A stretch of DNA of 64,000 bases, taken from NCBI GenBank assembly GCA_031277215.1, contig JAITMR010000073.1, positions 10,502 through 74,501 on the forward strand, read 5' to 3'. Within the stretch, counting starts at the first letter, position 1, and the number at the start of each line of letters is the position of its first letter. The notes beneath the pieces are model-generated. The model saw only the letters and a program-made list of their open reading frames with translations. It had not been told where the DNA came from and ran no database searches. Both the position numbers and the translations under genes were made by a program. Positions 60,019 to 64,000 of the stretch are shown here, in pieces. This DNA comes from Burkholderiales bacterium. GTDB lineage: Bacteria; Pseudomonadota; Gammaproteobacteria; Burkholderiales; Casimicrobiaceae.

Positions 60019-60291
60019 TTACGCATCCGGCGGCACATACCCCGCCGGTTTTTCCGCGCCCGCGCCGAAAAAATTGGCTTCGGTTTGTTGCGCCAGCCAG
60101 CGCCGCGCTTCGGGGTCGGCCATGTTCAGCCGGTGTTCGTTGACCAGCATGGTCTGCTGGCGCACCCACTGCTGCCAGGCTTCTTTAGACACATTCTCAA
60201 AAATCCGCTGTCCCAGCGCCCCCGGATATGGCGGAAAATCCAGCCCTTCGGCTTCTCGATCCAGTTTCACACAATGCACCAAACGCGCCAT
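60019..60291 (-). CDS. yggX: Fe(2+)-trafficking / oxidative damage protection protein YggX
   Basis: 90 aa. [42 protein letters not shown] is the canonical YggX sequence. Confidence 0.9.
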   Translation of the reverse strand: MARLVHCVKLDREAEGLDFPPYPGALGQRIFENVSKEAWQQWVRQQTMLVNEHRLNMADPEARRWLAQQTEANFFGAGAEKPAGYVPPDA

Positions 60292-60310
60292 TCTTCACTC
60301 CTCGACAAAA

Positions 60311-61645
60311 TTACAATTCTTTCCAGTAAACCTGCGACTTACGCTGGTAATTGTACAACGCCTGCTTTTCTCTCGGCAGACGCGAAACCGGCGCCAGCCT
60401 GAAGCCGCGTTCGACGAACCAATGCGCTGTGCGCGTTGTCAGTATGAACAATTCCTTCAATCCGATCTTGCGCGCCCAGACTTCGATGTGTTGCAACAAG
60501 GATTCGCCATAACCTTCGCGTTGAAATTCGGGATGCACCGCCAGCGCTGCCATTTCACCGACTTTTTCTTCGGGAAATGGCGACAATGCCGCGCAACCGA
60601 TAATCAGATTGTCGTACTCGACGACGATGAAACGCTCGATCTCCGCTTCCAGGCGCTCGCGTGAACGACGTACCAGAATGCCCTGCGCCTCAAGCGGCTC
60701 GATCAGCGCCAGAACGCTGCTGATATCGTCGATGGTCGCTGTCCGAAAAATGGCCAGCGGCCGCGACGCCAACATCGTACCTACCCCTTGCCGTGTAAAG
60801 AGTTCAAGCAGCAAAGAGCCATCTTTTCGGCTCGATAAAAAATGGGTGCGCGGCACGCCGCCGCGACAAGCGTATATCGCCTGCGGCAAATACAACCGAT
60901 GCAATAGTGACAGTCTATCCGGCGTTTTCATCAGTTTTTCGGCATCGTCCATCGAAATACTGTCCAGCAGTTTACGCCCTTTTCGGATACCATCGTCTTC
61001 AGACAGGAAGATCAGCTTCATGGCCTCCAGCGACACGGAAACTTTAGCGGCGACTTCTTCGATCGACAAATTGAAAATCTCACCTGTCGGCGAATAGCCG
61101 AGCGGGGAAATCAGCACGATATCGCCGTCGTCAAGCCGTTGTTGAATTGCTTCGCGGTCAATGCGACGCACTTCTCCTGTCAGTTGCATATCGACGCCGC
61201 CGATGACTCCCATTGGTTTTGCCGTCAGGTAATTGCCGCTTGACACGCGATTGCGAGCGCCCGCCATCGGAGAATTGGCCAAGCCCAGCGACAGTAACGC
61301 TTCAATGCGACTGCGAACTTGCCCCGCCGCTTCCAGCACGCAATCCATGGTTTCGGCGTCGGTGATACGCACGCCTTCGGAAAAACGCGCTTCGATGTTT
61401 TGCTGCGTCAAAATCGCGTCAATCTGCGGGCGCATGCCATGCACCACGACAAGACGCACGCCGAGGCTGTGCAACAAGTTCAAATCGTGAACGATGCCGA
61501 GAAACGTTTCGTCAGCCACCACTTCGCCGCCCAGCGCGATAACGAACGTGTTGCCGCGAAACGCATAGATGTAGGGCGCCGCCGCACGAATTCCCTGTAC
61601 AAAAGTACGCAACGCTGTCGGCGATGTGAGTTCGAGAGTGCTCAT
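60311..61645 (-). CDS. argA: amino-acid N-acetyltransferase (N-acetylglutamate synthase)
   Basis: Amino-acid kinase domain followed by a GNAT domain. Start chosen at MSTLELT (ATG 61645). The track ORF extends to 61786. Confidence 0.9.
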   Translation of the reverse strand: MSTLELTSPTALRTFVQGIRAAAPYIYAFRGNTFVIALGGEVVADETFLGIVHDLNLLHSLGVRLVVVHGMRPQIDAILTQQNIEARFSEGVRITDAETMDCVLEAAGQVRSRIEALLSLGLANSPMAGARNRVSSGNYLTAKPMGVIGGVDMQLTGEVRRIDREAIQQRLDDGDIVLISPLGYSPTGEIFNLSIEEVAAKVSVSLEAMKLIFLSEDDGIRKGRKLLDSISMDDAEKLMKTPDRLSLLHRLYLPQAIYACRGGVPRTHFLSSRKDGSLLLELFTRQGVGTMLASRPLAIFRTATIDDISSVLALIEPLEAQGILVRRSRERLEAEIERFIVVEYDNLIIGCAALSPFPEEKVGEMAALAVHPEFQREGYGESLLQHIEVWARKIGLKELFILTTRTAHWFVERGFRLAPVSRLPREKQALYNYQRKSQVYWKEL

Positions 61646-61812
61646 GGCATTCCAGAGAGTGGTCAGAATTACGAGAGGATTATAGCGTTGCCTTCTCCCA
61701 GGATTGATGGGTTCCGGCGAAAACCACGCACTTTGTCCCTCTCTTTGTCGTCTTGACAACATTCGGGGCAAGGCGGGGTGCGCCAAGCTGCCGTTTCCGG
61801 GATAATTCCGGC

Positions 61813-64000
61813 ATGAACCCTCCTTTGAATACGATTCTTGATTCCCTGAACGCCGAACAGTGCGCCGCCGTCACGCTCCCGCAAGGCTCGGCGCTGATCC
61901 TTGCCGGCGCCGGCAGCGGCAAAACGCGGGTGCTAACTTCCCGCATCGCCTGGTTGCTGGCGCATGGCCAGGCATCGCCGATGTCGATCCTCGCCGTGAC
62001 CTTTACCAATAAAGCGGCGAGAGAGATGCTGACGCGGCTGTCAGCATTGACGCCGATCCACACCCGAGGCATGTGGGTCGGCACATTCCACGGCCTGTGC
62101 AACCGGATGCTACGCGCCCACCACCGCGACGCCAATCTTCCGGCGCTGTTTCAAATCATCGACACCGCCGATCAACTGGCGTCGATCAAGCGACTTTACC
62201 GCGCCCACCAGCTCGACGACGAACGCTTCCCGCCCAAAGCGCTGCAATGGTTTATCCAGAATGCCAAAGAAGAAGGGCTACGTCCCAACGCTGTCGAAGC
62301 CTCGCACGAACACGCCCGCCGGATGGTCGAGCATTACGCACTCTACGAAGCGCAATGTCAACGCGAAGGCGTTGTCGATTTCGGCGAGTTGTTGTTACGC
62401 AGCTACGAGTTGCTGGAAACGCGGCCACCATTGCGCGACCATTACCGGCAACGTTTCACGCATCTGTTCGTCGATGAATTTCAGGACACCAATGTATTGC
62501 AGTATCGCTGGTTAAAACTGCTGGCCGGGCCAGAAGCGTCGGTATTCGCCGTCGGCGACGACGACCAATCCATCTACGCATTTCGCGGCGCCAACGTCGG
62601 CAACATGCAACGATTCGAGCACGATTTCGCCAAACCCGATCAACCGGTGCGCATCGTTAAACTCGAACAAAATTACCGTTCACACGGCTGCATTCTCGAC
62701 GCTGCCAATGCGCTGATCTGCCACAACCAGGCGCGAATGGGCAAAAACCTGTGGACAGAAGCGCCGCACGGAGAACCGTTATCCGCGTTCTCCGCCAACA
62801 ACGATTTCGAAGAAGTGCAATTCGTCACCGACACCGCGAGAGAACAAGCCGAGCAAGGCGTGCCGCTTTCCGACATCGCCGTGCTGTACCGCTCGAACGC
62901 CCAATCGCGTGTGCTTGAACACGCCCTCTTCTCCGCGGGTTTGCCCTATCGGGTTTACGGAGGCCTGCGCTTCTTTGAACGCGCCGAAATCAAACACGCG
63001 CTGGCGTACCTGCGATTGATCGCCTCGTCCGACGACGATGGCGCGTTACTGCGAATCATCAACTTCCCGCCGCGCGGCATTGGCGCACGCACATTGGAAC
63101 AACTGCAAGCCAGCGCCCGCGCACAAGGCGTTTCGCTGTGGCAAGCCGCCCGCACGAGCGCCGTTGGCGGCAAAGCCAGCACACACATTGCCGCCTTCAT
63201 TCAACTCATCGAAAAATGTCGCAACGACATTGCACCGCTTTCTTTGCCGGAAATGATTGAGCAGATGCTCGAAACGTCCGGCCTCAGTGCGCACTATCGG
63301 CAAGAGCGCGAAAGCGAAGAACGTCTGCAAAATCTCGACGAATTGGTCGCCGCTGCACGCTTGTTTCTTGAAGAACGCGATGTCAGCCAGCCGCTTGACG
63401 GCGACGGAAACAGCCCGGCAACCAGTGATAACGCAGCCATACTGACCGCGTTCCTCGCTCACGCCGCGCTGGAAGCAGGCGACGCCCAAGCCGACGAAGG
63501 ACGACCGGCATTGCAACTGATGACCATGCACGCCGCTAAAGGATTGGAATTCCACACCGTTTTTATTACCGGCCTTGAAGAAGGATTGTTCCCACATGAA
63601 AACAGCTTGCAGGAAACACACGGCCTCGAAGAAGAGCGGCGATTGATGTATGTCGCCATCACCCGCGCCCGCCGCCGCCTGTATCTGACCTATGCGCAAA
63701 CTCGCCGATTGCACGGACAATCCCGCTACAACTTGCCGTCACGCTTCCTGGGCGAACTGCCCACTGAACTGATGCAATGGTTGTCGCCGTCACCCTTGCA
63801 TGAAACGTCAGCGAAGTTTCGTCAAACCTTTTACGATGACGAACGCGATATTTCTTCTCACACAAATGCCCGCAACCGCTCACGCGCAACAACGACATCG
63901 ACAACAACACGCGGCACCAGCACCGTGCCACGTGTTAATTCGCCCAAGCCGATGCCGTCGATTCATACCCGCGCCGGTCATTTTCGAATCGGCCAAAGCG
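61813..64000 (+). CDS. uvrD: DNA helicase II, N-terminal ~729 aa (3' end outside window)
   Basis: Not in the ORF track because it runs off the window. MNPPLNTILDSLNAEQCAAVTLPQGSALILAGAGSGKTRVLTSRIAWLL...AVTFTNKAAREM. The frame is open to nt 64000. Confidence 0.9.
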   Translation, partial: MNPPLNTILDSLNAEQCAAVTLPQGSALILAGAGSGKTRVLTSRIAWLLAHGQASPMSILAVTFTNKAAREMLTRLSALTPIHTRGMWVGTFHGLCNRMLRAHHRDANLPALFQIIDTADQLASIKRLYRAHQLDDERFPPKALQWFIQNAKEEGLRPNAVEASHEHARRMVEHYALYEAQCQREGVVDFGELLLRSYELLETRPPLRDHYRQRFTHLFVDEFQDTNVLQYRWLKLLAGPEASVFAVGDDDQSIYAFRGANVGNMQRFEHDFAKPDQPVRIVKLEQNYRSHGCILDAANALICHNQARMGKNLWTEAPHGEPLSAFSANNDFEEVQFVTDTAREQAEQGVPLSDIAVLYRSNAQSRVLEHALFSAGLPYRVYGGLRFFERAEIKHALAYLRLIASSDDDGALLRIINFPPRGIGARTLEQLQASARAQGVSLWQAARTSAVGGKASTHIAAFIQLIEKCRNDIAPLSLPEMIEQMLETSGLSAHYRQERESEERLQNLDELVAAARLFLEERDVSQPLDGDGNSPATSDNAAILTAFLAHAALEAGDAQADEGRPALQLMTMHAAKGLEFHTVFITGLEEGLFPHENSLQETHGLEEERRLMYVAITRARRRLYLTYAQTRRLHGQSRYNLPSRFLGELPTELMQWLSPSPLHETSAKFRQTFYDDERDISSHTNARNRSRATTTSTTTRGTSTVPRVNSPKPMPSIHTRAGHFRIGQS

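Overview
A 64-kb chromosomal window of moderate to high GC with about 60 genes. Gene content and the intergenic hairpin repeat types suggest a betaproteobacterium, but that is inference because no search was possible. Most of the window is housekeeping: glnS 3' end, lplT/aas-like, thyA, mnmA, hda, purM, purN, pckG, rpmB-rpmG, rppH, tsaC/sua5, metK, uvrA, ssb, lpxH, ppiA, ppiB, purB, yggX, argA and the uvrD 5' part. Five blocks stand out. (1) A complete 10-kb clade II nos operon of the Campylobacterota type lies on the minus strand, in the order nosZ-B-D-G-C1-C2-H-F-L-L-Y. Its NosZ carries a C-terminal heme c domain, and there are two tandem nosL paralogs. (2) A full System I cytochrome c maturation operon, ccmABCDEFGHI, is followed directly by an octaheme nitrite reductase (ONR, TvNiR-like) with seven CXXCH motifs and one CXXCK motif. 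A near-consensus FNR-type box sits upstream of the ONR gene. (3) A lower-GC pilin islet holds a canonical sigma-54 promoter, a type IVa pilin and a TfpX/TfpZ-like accessory protein. (4) A 1429-aa single-polypeptide fusion joins two BcrA/HgdC-type activase ATPase modules to a 2-hydroxyacyl-CoA dehydratase-like region. Its function is unknown. (5) A dsbL-dsbI pair, a divergent LysR regulator, and an S8 peptidase with a discoidin domain whose gene overlaps an NHL-repeat lipoprotein gene. The intergenic DNA is dense in dispersed repeat families. These include a MITE-like element of about 115 bp (2 copies), a 50-bp direct repeat pair with an inverted partial copy 49 kb away, and a 43-bp tandem repeat upstream of nosZ. 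RRATCAG heptamer arrays are read through as C-terminal tails of three unrelated proteins, and a decayed IS1380/IS4-like transposase fragment is also present. No rRNA, tRNA or CRISPR array could be supported. No recognisable defence system was seen.
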